DNA of 26,343 nt from the NCBI GenBank assembly GCA_965644495.1, contig CBFFSA010000074.1, forward strand, positions 1 through 26,343, in the 5' to 3' direction. This DNA is from Perkinsela sp. CCAP 1560/9 (lineage: Eukaryota > Protista > Euglenozoa: Kinetoplastea). The notes below the pieces were generated by a model. That model was not told the DNA's origin. It saw only the letters and a program-made list of their open reading frames with translations, and did not search any database. Of this stretch, positions 1 to 9,478 are shown piece after piece; position 1 is the stretch's first letter; each line of letters begins with the position of its first letter. The translations under genes and the position numbers were made by a program.

Positions 1-1332
1 CATCGGAAGAAACAGCTTCGCGAATTTGTGTTCATGTCGAAGAATTCGGACCAGCCCCGCCAACTTCAACAGAACCTCCCCCATCGCCACAGGCCTAACG
101 GATTTTGATGTCTTGGGAAGTGCCACGAGACGCGCTCTCCTCAATCTACGCATGACTTCTTTGGACAGCATCCCGTTGACAAGATCACAGATCATATGAC
201 ACAGACTGGAACAACAGATCTCATCATCCAATAACAACCGAACAATGGCTTCCGTTGTACCCGAAGGTCCGGGAGCCGATCCCTTTGCTAGTCTTTTCCC
301 TGCATCACGTAGATCTTGCGGTGGGAGGCACGCAATCTTCGGGGCGTCTGTCGGAAGCGCGAATGAAATAGGCAACGAGGGATGCAATTTTCGCAATTGG
401 TCCAATTTTCCTTCATCCGTCATCGTTGTAGTTGCAGTTTCCTGATCTAATACTCGCGTTCCCTTCTTCGTTGCTCCTTCCAAGAGCAGTCTCGTTGCTT
501 TCTTTATAGCCCGCAAATCACTCGCCTTTTGCTCCGCTTCACTGTTCAGAGTTGTCGTCTCCTGAATTTCAACTGGACGGCGACGACGCTTCTTTCCAAT
601 GATGTGGCGCACTGTGGCTAAAGAGTGTTTCATTGCCGACAGAGTTCTGTTCCAAATTTGATTCCGTTGCTCGTACGAGGAACTCGCGTAGTCCCTCATG
701 ATATCCCGATAGATCGCGACAACACAAGGTACAAACTCGGAACTAACGGACCGTAAGGTGGGCATTGGGTCGAGGTCCAAATCAGCTTCGGTGTGATCAA
801 GATCATGTCTGTCTTTGTCTTCTGTGGAATTCGTTTCCCACGCGTTTCTCCTTGGCTCATCAAGCCAGCGTATCGAATGAATTCGCACGTTGGGATTCGG
901 CGGAATAAACCCCTCAAATTTGGTTCCAGATTTGTGCCCTTCCACGCCTTCATATGATATGGCTATTCTACCGGCTCCCGCCCGTTTCTTGACTGATTTC
1001 ACCACACCCCTCGATATATTTAATTGTGTGGAATCGCTAAAACACCACGCCACCAGGCAACCATCACCGCACTTCGACATTTTTGATTGATCCCAAACGA
1101 GGTCTGGTGCCATAGGGAAATGTCGAGCCGAATCTAACGTTCCTTTCCACGTCTCTATTATTCTCGCTTCTTCAGCTAATCCGGCCGGGGGTGCTTCAAC
1201 TGCGGTTTCAATGGTCGTGTTTGTTTGTTCACTGTCTTCGACCTCCGATTCCCCAGCAGCATTGAAAACCGGAATCACATTATGGCTGATGCTCCCTCCA
1301 GCGCGTGTCGGGATTTCGTCGGGCGTAATACA
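1..1332 (-). CDS. CRE-like non-LTR retrotransposon ORF (element CRE-1): N-terminal domain and start of RT; 5'-truncated and runs off the window
   Basis: Manual translation is stop-free from the poly(A) at 1334 to base 1: ...GCLVAWCFSDS...FVPCVVAIYRDIMRDY...RAIKKATRLLLEG...KGSAPGPSG...RARLVALPKTSKSVRPVAMGEVLLKLA. These are RT domain 0-2 motifs, homologous to the ORFs at 7240-8193 and 13566-15350. Absent from the ORF track because the stop lies outside the window. Confidence 0.88.
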
Positions 1333-1333
1333 G

Positions 1334-1348
1334 TTTTTTTTTTTTTTT
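1334..1348 (-). repeat. poly(A) tail (T15 on +) ending the 1350-2301 block
   Basis: The T15 run sits where identity to the 17897-18848 copy ends. Confidence 0.7.
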
Positions 1349-1349
1349 A

Positions 1350-2301
1350 GAAATCAACGACGAGAGTCTTCCACATACATTAAAAACAACTTGTAAGAAA
1401 ACATTGTTGTAAGAGCTAAAGAAATATATCGCTGATATCCTGAATCTCATCCACTGCCTATATTTACTAGCTAAAGAATATTCGTATTATTGATGCAACT
1501 ATCCGGATGTATATAGCGCGCAAACTATTTCAAAAGCATAATATAAAAATATAATACGTAGTGAAGGGGCTTTGCCCCCTGGCACGCAGCCACTGGTTGG
1601 GGGCTGGTGGGAGGGCATCGCACACTAATAAAAATAACTTGTAAGAGAATGTAAGCTATAAAACTATACACAATCTACATAAAGTTATAATTTAAATCAT
1701 ATTAAAAGATATAATAGAATTCATAATCAGAGATTATGTGCCTCGTAGGGCCATTCGAGAAAAAGGAGTCTTTTCAAATTCGTATTTGTTCTCGTCTAAA
1801 TTTCTTCTCGTAAACTATCATAAGCTTTTTTTTTTTTTTTATGAGTCGCGGCATTGCCTCTATACTTTAACCCAGTAGACGAACCGAGTAGGTCCATTGG
1901 GGGATATACGAGTTGAAAACAAGCAATCAAATTAGCAATTTTATATTGTTTTTATGCAAATAAAGAAAATTTTTCTCTCTCTTTCTCCTCTTTCTCACCT
2001 CTTGACATACTTTTCCCACCTTTCTCCCTACTTTCCTGCTTTCCCCTACCCAACTTTTCAACTTTTCAGGGGGGGTAAGGTCTCCCTCAGCTTCGCCTCA
2101 CCCGGCCTGCAGGCGGCTCCTCAACCATTCGCGCGTTCCGGACCGGGTCTTTCGACCTCTCCACGGCCTGACTTGTGGACCCTTCCCTTGTTATACGGGA
2201 GGGCGCAGGCGCGGGCCTGTGTCGACAGCGACACGGTCGCGAAACAGGATGCTGGCCGACGGGGAGGAGATTCACTACCCGTGTACTACCTCACTTGGGG
2301 T
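1350..2301. repeat. 952-bp direct repeat, copy 1 (copy 2 at 17897-18848)
   Basis: Constant offset of 16547. Only one substitution seen (aaatttcTtctcg vs aaatttcCtctcg), and the internal T15 run has the same length. Confidence 0.95.
1616..1820 (-). repeat. 205-bp leader/terminal repeat 'A', copy 1
   Basis: Near-identical to 18163-18367 and 22643-22847; partial copy at 24562-24679. Confidence 0.92.
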
Positions 2302-2501
2302 ACCTAGCCCTGACGGACTAGGCGTGAGCATAGACTCTGTCGACTCGACCAGCATCCGGGCCAGAGGTATGTGGCCCTGCGCATGGCGTCTTCGCCATGC
2401 CCCTAAGCGCCTTCAAGGGGGGCGTTAGGGTCACTGACAACTATCCTGGAGACCATCATCCGAGCCTGGGAACGCATCAACGTGACATTAAGCTCTTGCA
2501 A
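1826..2501 (-). mobile_element. Non-autonomous polyadenylated structured-RNA retroposon (SINE-like, family S), copy 1
   Basis: Ends in A15 on the minus strand, is flanked by ATAAGC at 1820-1825 and 2502-2507, and has a GC-rich hairpin core at about 2075-2430. Related copies lie at 18373-18848, 23423-23700 and 23704-24270. Confidence 0.55.
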
Positions 2502-2507
2502 ATAAGC

Positions 2508-5003
2508 TTTTTTTTTTTTTTTTAAAAGTAAAGGTCTTAATAAATTTTTTGTATTAAGATCACCTTTACCTTCAGAGTTGCTACTTTTCCGCCTTCATCA
2601 CTTACTACTATTAGACTTTCCCTCCAGAAGTTGGAGCCATTTTTTTTTTACTATAGTGTAATCCTTTCAGGTCAGGGCATCCGGCTTACGTTGTATGTCG
2701 GAAAACGTTGTCTTAATAATTGTATGATATAAACTGCGAATCCTCTTCAAACAATTCTTTTCGTAAACTATGAGACTTCCTACCACGGATTCTCACTGCA
2801 TATTCCATCAAAAAGCGCAAATATCGTCCCCATGGCTTTGGCTCAGGTACTTTCTGAGCTGGCCTAGGAGAATGTTTCCATTCATCTCCTGCAAGAGAAG
2901 TATGAAATCGTTTTCCACCTTGCTGGGCTCAATAGAAATGTTTTCCGCCAGAAGCCGTAGCAGCTCCCGAGTTCGGGCGTGCAATGAGCCACTTGACAGC
3001 ACCGGTAAACAGGCGAATTGCTCCTCGGCGAACATATTCGATGAGACGTATTTGGTGTTTTTCCGCGCGATCGCATCTTTGATTGCCTTCGCCGGTGTTG
3101 TTCCCGCAAGAGATGGTGCCAGATCGTGTACGACGGTGAGATCATAGAAGATTTCACCTGTCGCCCAATAAATAACCAAATCGGGCCCTGAACGGTGTAG
3201 CGTGCTGCCTTTGCATGTCGCAATGTGCTCTCGCCGACGTTCTTCTCGGATCACCTCGGAGCATGATGTGCACACATATGTGGAGAATTGCCGTGGCTCT
3301 AATTCACAAGGAATACCCGCACGCAGACACATATTATGAATATAGCGTACTAGTGCGTTGTGCTTTACCGTTGTATTCATTCCCGCACATCGGACGCAAC
3401 CCGGAATATGTGTAAGGGCAGTGGCACTGTTTAGAAGAACTCTGCATCCGGGGCAGGTGAGAGATTCGGGAAGACGTGGATGGCCCATTCCCAGGCGGGG
3501 CATTACTGCTAAGGTGAATTTCCGCGACGGCACGAGTCGCTCGTTTGCTTGTATCCATGTATAACTACCCTTCTTCGTTGTAGCGTCCATGATTCTTGCA
3601 AATTTCTTGTTCTTCCGAAGGCGCTCCTTCACTTCTTTGTGCATCTTGACTTCGACTGCCGTCATCTCAGCGACAGGTGCAGTGTCCGACTCGCTAGGCG
3701 TGACTTGAGCTGAAAGGAATTTTGGCTGCTCAAAAGCCACACTGCGCGACGCCTGGTACGCGGCCGCTCGGAGTGCATCAGTAGAAGGCAGGCCCAGCCC
3801 ACCCATACGAAGGGGAAGCCTTGCCCAGTCCAGTTGATCTTGCGTCATTGGTCCGAACCATGTCTTCAGAACTTTATCAACTTCGCCGTCAAACTCCTTT
3901 GCCATCGCTTCAGAGGAGTTCGGTGTGTGTGTGCGAATATGAAAACGATGACGAATGTTAACACATTTAGAGAGCAGGATAATAGATACGTTGCTCGCTC
4001 CCATCTGACTTAACCGACGGAAAATTGTTTTATGTTTCTGTAGCTTTTCTAGTAGTAGGGGATCTACCTTTTCGTCTTCTCCCACGTAAGCGCCGAGAAC
4101 CTTGATTGCGTCCTTCTCTACGTTGACTTGCGCCATTCGCAGAACTTCCGGAATTTCCGTGCCCTTCGTTCCTCCGAACCACACACATTTATGATTTGCC
4201 ATTTGCATGTTTCTTTCATTCAACAAATCCCACAGTCTATAAAATGCCTTCGTTAGGAGTGCAGGATCATCCGAAGCAAAGTTTATGTCGTCTATGTATG
4301 CGAATATTTTGATCGAGGGAAATTCTAAGGCCAGCGTTGCGAGGATGGGTTGCATCATTGTACAGAAAAGAAGCGTAGAAAGGGGAGACCCCTGTCGAAC
4401 TCCTGCTGTGCTGAAAACTTTGTCGTGTAACTTTCCGTCTGATCCAAAATACAGCAGCTCCGACGGCTCGGCATATTGAGCGTGAAAAAGCCTCCAGAAC
4501 GGTCGCAAACTAGAGAACGCGAAGAGTGCGTTCGCGATGTCTTGCCTCCAAGGAGTGTTGAATGCATTGCTGATGTCCATTGTTAGGATTGATTGTCCTT
4601 CCTGATAGAGTTTATGTAGGCGGTGTAATACTGTTTCACATCCTGATTTAGTTGCCACTCCGAATTGCCACGGAGCAAAAATCGGCGGCAGACAATGTTC
4701 ATATTTTTGCAACAAGACGATCTCTGCTAATTTTAGAAAAATCTCCCCAACAGCAACCGGGCGCACGTCCCTTCCATTTGCTTTCGGTATGGCGACTAAC
4801 CTTGCCCTCTACAACCTGTCCATCACGTCTTTCGAGATCGCTCCATTTACAACATCCAGTAACATGTGACACAGAGCTGTGCAACAGATTTGATCGTCGA
4901 GCAACAGTCTGACTATACCGTCCGTTGTCCCAGATGGACCGGGTGCCGCGCCCTTGGCCAATCGACGACCTGCCTCGCGGAGTTCTTCCGTTGTTATGAT
5001 CGC
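2508..5003 (-). mobile_element. CRE-like non-LTR retrotransposon CRE-2, 5'-truncated, with 3'UTR and poly(A)
   Basis: RT+RLE ORF, 3'UTR 2524-2807 and T16 tail at 2508-2523. The reading frame extends upstream to about 5003 (EELREAGRRLAKGAAPGPSG) through one in-frame TAG at 4809-4811. Confidence 0.85.
2808..4766 (-). CDS. CRE-clade reverse transcriptase + zinc knuckle + restriction-like endonuclease (partial, probably pseudogenised)
   Basis: Motifs RPVAVGE, QFGV, DISNAFN, GVRQGSPLS, YIDD, LPLRMGGLG, CPGC...HIPGC, KHNALV, PDLVIYW...YDLTV, KNTKY. Confidence 0.9.
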   Translation of the reverse strand: MRPVAVGEIFLKLAEIVLLQKYEHCLPPIFAPWQFGVATKSGCETVLHRLHKLYQEGQSILTMDISNAFNTPWRQDIANALFAFSSLRPFWRLFHAQYAEPSELLYFGSDGKLHDKVFSTAGVRQGSPLSTLLFCTMMQPILATLALEFPSIKIFAYIDDINFASDDPALLTKAFYRLWDLLNERNMQMANHKCVWFGGTKGTEIPEVLRMAQVNVEKDAIKVLGAYVGEDEKVDPLLLEKLQKHKTIFRRLSQMGASNVSIILLSKCVNIRHRFHIRTHTPNSSEAMAKEFDGEVDKVLKTWFGPMTQDQLDWARLPLRMGGLGLPSTDALRAAAYQASRSVAFEQPKFLSAQVTPSESDTAPVAEMTAVEVKMHKEVKERLRKNKKFARIMDATTKKGSYTWIQANERLVPSRKFTLAVMPRLGMGHPRLPESLTCPGCRVLLNSATALTHIPGCVRCAGMNTTVKHNALVRYIHNMCLRAGIPCELEPRQFSTYVCTSCSEVIREERRREHIATCKGSTLHRSGPDLVIYWATGEIFYDLTVVHDLAPSLAGTTPAKAIKDAIARKNTKYVSSNMFAEEQFACLPVLSSGSLHARTRELLRLLAENISIEPSKVENDFILLLQEMNGNILLGQLRKYLSQSHGDDICAF

Positions 5004-5007
5004 TGTA

Positions 5008-5100
5008 TATGCCGATCCGGACCGGATCTCGTTATTTATTGGAACAACGGCGAGGTATACTATGACTTAACCGTAATACACGAGCTTTCGTCCTTCATAC
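5008..5100 (+). pseudogene. Inverted fragment of a CRE-like RLE catalytic core
   Basis: Encodes RSGPDLVIYWNNGEVYYDLTVIHELS, similar but not identical to CRE-2 RSGPDLVIYWATGEIFYDLTVVHDLA. Confidence 0.8.
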
Positions 5101-5275
5101 AATAAGAAAGTAAACGTGACACAGACGTGATTTCGACGGTGAGTTGTCTTATAAAAAAAGCAATCAAATACATAATGAACAAGAATAAATAAAATGAAAC
5201 CAATTAGAAGGAGCATCGAATTATGATTTAAGCATTCTAGAAATGCTTTTCGCTTGTGACATGAGTTCGCTTCTC

Positions 5276-5310
5276 ATAAATAAATAAATAAATAAATAAA
5301 TAAATATAAA
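5276..5310. repeat. (TAAA)n microsatellite at the 3' end of CRE-3
   Basis: About 7 TAAA units, starting 30 bp past the CRE-3 stop codon. Confidence 0.85.
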
Positions 5311-5339
5311 TATTCCAGATAGACGTGTCCGCTGACTTC

Positions 5340-7320
5340 TTACAACCGAAGTCCTCCCATCCATTTCTCTGCCGGGATGTAGTCTCTGAGTTGAGATACT
5401 ATCGTGTAAGCGGACATCTTCTCAATCTCGAGTTGGAACGCGTTGCGCACGTTATCATAGTTCAGCTTCGCTCTTTGTGAGAGAGCCTTTAATAGGGCCT
5501 TTGTATCAACATGTAGCAGGCCGCAATCTGTTGCGGCCAGACATTTGAATGAATCGCTGTCGACGCCTTTCTCAACCACATATTTCTTGTACTTTCTGTC
5601 GGCGACCTGTTGCATGAGGGCAGAGCTGGTTTGTTTGGCATAGCTAGTACAGCACGTGTGAACCACTGTAAAATCATAGAGCACCTCACCGATGTGAGGC
5701 CACATGATGGCAAGATCTGGGCCGGAACGAATGCGGCGGGCTTTGCAAGGATGTTGCTCGGCGACTTCTGCGGAAATCGTGCACTTACATTTTGTGCAGT
5801 GGTACGAAGAGTAAATGCGCGGTTCGATAACACTAGGCAGGCCTGCTTTTGAGCATAACTCTGCGAGATAACGGACTATGTGTGAATGCTTGCGGGTAGA
5901 GTTCATGCCGGAGCAACGGGAACATCCAGCAACGTGGGGAAGGATGGTTGAAGGAGATTCTTGATTCGAACATCCAGGGCAAATCATTTTGGTCGGTGCT
6001 TTTGGCACGCCGATTCCCAAGCGCATCATGAGCGTGTATCTGAAAAGATACGGGTTAACGTAGTTACTTGTATGTTCGAGGTGAAAATTAGCTTCCTTGG
6101 TGCGCTTCAAGATATTTGTTAAGGTTGAGTCTTTTTGCACTTCAATTAATTGCTTGTCATGCGCTTGGCTCAGGTTCTTTTTAAGAAATTTGCGGGCCTT
6201 TTCCGCGCGGCTCTGAGCTTTAGCTTTGACCTTGCCGCTGCCCTCTGAATCTACCGGAGCGTTATTGGGTTCAAATTGCTCTTCAATAGATTCTCGGGCA
6301 GCTGCGAAGTAATATTGTTGTTTCAGAGTGCAAGAAATCAAGCCTAATCCGCCTAGTTTTTGCGGGAGCGCTGCAAGCTTGAGTGCCTGGACATCGGCGC
6401 CACACCATTTCTGCAGGACCTCGTGTATGTGCTGCTCGAAAGATTGGGCTAGGTAAAGAGTAGCCTCCGGGCGGTGAACTCTTAAATGGTAGTCTTGGCG
6501 TGGAATTGTACAGCGGCGCAAAATCGCCAGAGAGAGGTTACTCGGGCCCATGAGAAGAAGGCGACGAAATAGGCATTTGTGCTTGTTCAATTTGCGCAGG
6601 AGAAGATCTTCTACCACATTGTCTTTGCCGATATAGGCTCCTAGGATCTTTATCGACTCGGTGCAAAGATTAACGCCTAAGTTTTCTAATGAAAAGGGTT
6701 CGCATGACGCACATTTCTGAAAGAATTCACATTTTTGAAAGTTAACGCATAGATTGAGCTCGGCTGTGGTTTCGCGTAAGTGCAGGAACGCCGCTTCGAG
6801 TGATCGCACGTTGGTGGAACTGAGAGTCACGTCGTCTTGGTAGGCTCTTATTTTGACGTCAGGGTATAGGCTTAGGACTTCTCGAAGAGGACCTTGTAAG
6901 AGTGCACAGAAGTACATGGAGGATAGGGATGATCCCTGGCGAATTCCTGAAGAGCTTTCTATGGTTGCAAAAAGGGCATTGTGGGCGAAAAACAATAGTT
7001 CAGATGGCAGGCCGTATTCCAGATAAAACATGCGCATGAAAGGTTTAAACACGGGATTATCTAGTAGTGCCTGGGTTATAGCGTCACGACGTGGAGTGTT
7101 ATACGCATTGCTGAAGTCAACGGTAATCAATGCGTGTCCATTCTCGTATTCACTTAGTAGTTCGTGCACTATCGATTCACACGCGTTCTTGTGGAGTACA
7201 CCTCGTTGGATGGGCGCAAAGTACTTTCGTAGTGCGGCTTCATGTCGCTGAAGTAAAATGGACCCGCAGATTTTGAGGATCGTGTCCCCCATGGCAACCG
7301 GGCGTATACCATTTCGCTGT
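5340..7320 (-). CDS. CRE-clade RT + zinc knuckle + RLE (element CRE-3, C-terminal part; lacks RT domains 0-1)
   Basis: Motifs NGIRPVAMG, DFSNAYN, GIRQGSSLS, YQDD, LPQKLGGLG, CPGC...HVAGC, RKHSHIV, GPDLAIMW...YDFTV, KYKKY. The first ~23 aa of the ORF-track call (up to 7388) are off-frame sequence. Confidence 0.9.
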
Positions 7321-7329
7321 CTGTGTCGC

Positions 7330-8346
7330 GTCTGCTGGTAATTCGAAAACGCAAGGAGCCGCAGGGTGCAGTTTTTGGAGTTTGGCAAATGTTTCTTTAT
7401 CAGATAATTTGTTGATTACAGTGACCTGATCCAGAACTTTTGCCGCTTTTGAGATCGACCCCTCGAGCACAAGGCGTGTGGCTTTTTTTATCGCTCTGCG
7501 ATCAGCGAATTGCCCTTCGTCCGCGTCCTTCTCTCTTTCTTCAAGCTCGGATTGCGTAAGCACTGGGCGACGTCGTCGACTGCGCGCTGACTGCTCTCTT
7601 AATTCTGCCAGCGAGTATTTCATCGCGGAGAGCACCCTGTGCCATATCCGACAGCGGTGAACATAATCACAATCTGCATAATCCCTCATAAGATCGCGGT
7701 AAACCGACACCACGCACGGTATAAATGCAGCGCTTACGTTTCTGACTGTAGGAATAGGTTCGTAATCCAAATCTTCGACTGTTTGCTTCACAGACGGTAT
7801 ATCTTTTGCAGGCGCGACTTGCTCGTCTTGAGCGCCTCTATTCAAAACGTTAATCCATACAATTTTATAGATGCGCACACTTTCCTGAGCAGGAATCGAT
7901 CCCGCGAAGCTTCGTTCCTTGCAGTGTCCTTGTAGGCCGTTGTATTTTACAGTCAGTCTGCGTACACCTGCCCTTGATCTCGCCGTTTGAACTGTGCCAG
8001 CAGAGATGTTTAACAATACTTGTTGGTCGAAACACCACGCTACCACACATTCGTCGCCTTTCCGAGCATTTCTGGTATGTGACTCCACTTCTTGCGGCGT
8101 CAATGGGAACTCAGTCTCAGGTTTCACGTTTGCGCGCATGTCGTCCACAATTTGCGTTAGTCGGTCTGCATTGTTCGTCGAATCTACATTCACTTCATCA
8201 AGCGGCAGGGGCGAGGGTATGCGGCCTGGGCTGGGTGATTGTCCTTTCTCCTCTGACGCGGGTGAGCTGCAGTCGTAGAACTCTTCTGGCTGAATTTCAG
8301 GTTGCGCAACTGGTTTGGACTTGGAGGCAGTTGTTGCTTGTTGTTT
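7330..8346 (-). pseudogene. CRE-like N-terminal region (CRE-3 5' part), 5'-truncated and out of frame with the downstream RT
   Basis: Frame open from about 8346 with no upstream ATG. ECVVAWCFD, FIPCVVSVYRDLMRDY, RAIKKATRLVLEG and KLQKLHP all match CRE-1. Confidence 0.82.
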
Positions 8347-8366
8347 TTATTTTTATTTTTACTCGT

Positions 8367-9261
8367 ATGAACACGCAAAACGCCGAACAAATTATGAAGA
8401 GGGGATCAACGCTCGATAAGCCAAAGAAAACCCCCCGTGTGAGAGTTATTATGAGTGCAAAGGAATTATCGCCGAACTGGGCCGACCACGAGGTACATAG
8501 CAACTACCGACGGCCAAGGATAAAATTTTCTGATGCAAGGCCGACCTCACAAGAGTCCGAGAATGATTCCGATGAGGAGAGAGATTCATCCAAACATCCT
8601 GAAGATTGCGAAGGCGCCTCCGATGATACCACAGGCGAAGAATCTGATGTGATGTCGGTGGATGAGGACGTAACGTCGATGGATGGGGAAGTGGGGCAAC
8701 GCAAAAACGAAGAATTTCCGAAGGCTCCAGATCACATCAACACCATTATCCATGAATGGGGCAAAGGAACGACGTGCGAACTGAGATGGGGATTCAAAAA
8801 AGAGCAGAAATATGCCTCAAAAGGAGTAGTGGTGAAGAGGACTGTCCGAAAAGGTATTGTAAAGCTGAAGGTGGAATACAAGCCAAGCGACGGAGACAAT
8901 GGACCCTCTGGTTTTATCTACCTTCCTCCATCTGCAAAAGTGAAAATTTGGTCCATTAAGGCACTGTGTCTAGATAAAGTAAAAAGCGTCGATGTGTCAA
9001 TGGAAAACACTGGAAATTCAGAGAACAAGGAGGAGCGAGGCATTGAGGGAACATCTGATTTGGAACCGCTGCCAAAGATGGCACAAATTGATCCAACGTT
9101 TGCCGTCCATGTAATCGCGATTTTTCGTTCCATTATTAAAGCGTACCCGAAGGCTCAGACAGAAGCAGAAAGAACTGTTATCTGGCACAAACTCCTCGAT
9201 ACACCACGGGACTCTTTGGCCACAATCCGTCTAAACTACCTACGTCGCCAGAGCTCCGTAC
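8367..9261 (+). pseudogene. CRE-4 N-terminal region (acidic low-complexity stretch, beta-barrel-like domain, helical domain)
   Basis: ATG at 8367. FAVHVIAIFRSIIKAY...IWHKLLDTPRDSLATIR aligns with CRE-1 and CRE-3 FVPCVVAIYRDIMRDY...IWNRTLSAMKHSLATVR. Confidence 0.78.
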
Positions 9262-9478
9262 AGCGTCGAGGGAGACGTGAGTGGGAAACTATCGATAGGA
9301 CATACATTTTAATTTCGTCTGTTTTAGAAAATAGGATAAACTAAACTCTTCAATTCTTGCAAAAGTGTAACTCATTAAATATTAGACTCATTCCATGTGC
9401 TATATGTTCTTCTATTTTCTTCTAATGGGCAAACTAGATGAGGGCTAAGTATGGTTTGCTTTGAAAATACGGAATTCC

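Noticed and set aside
1565-1615. Ingi/L1Tc 77-nt signature (HDV-like ribozyme)
   Set aside because: Only GTGCCAGGG matches; the nested pseudoknot cannot be built.
2075-2120. LSU rRNA fragment or group II intron domain V (GAGCCG...GGCGAAGC)
   Set aside because: Similarity is limited to a few bases; flanking conserved motifs and the correct bulge geometry are absent.
2216-2249. Hammerhead ribozyme (stem-GAAA-CAGG)
   Set aside because: No CUGANGA core at the required position.
1954-2307. Duplicated 117/136-aa ORF (also 18501-18911)
   Set aside because: Translates a pyrimidine tract and the antisense of the structured repeat; the start is missing in the third copy.
2401-2432. Telomerase RNA template (CCCTAA/TTAGGG)
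   Set aside because: Only about one repeat, and the two hexamers pair with each other in a hairpin.
4809-4811. Stop-codon reassignment (in-frame TAG)
   Set aside because: Isolated case in a truncated copy; TAA, TAG and TGA all end other ORFs normally, so ordinary decay is more likely.
7974-8366. N-terminal extension of the 456-aa + strand ORF
   Set aside because: Antisense to the CRE-3 N-terminus; the plausible start is the ATG at 8367 after a U-rich tract.
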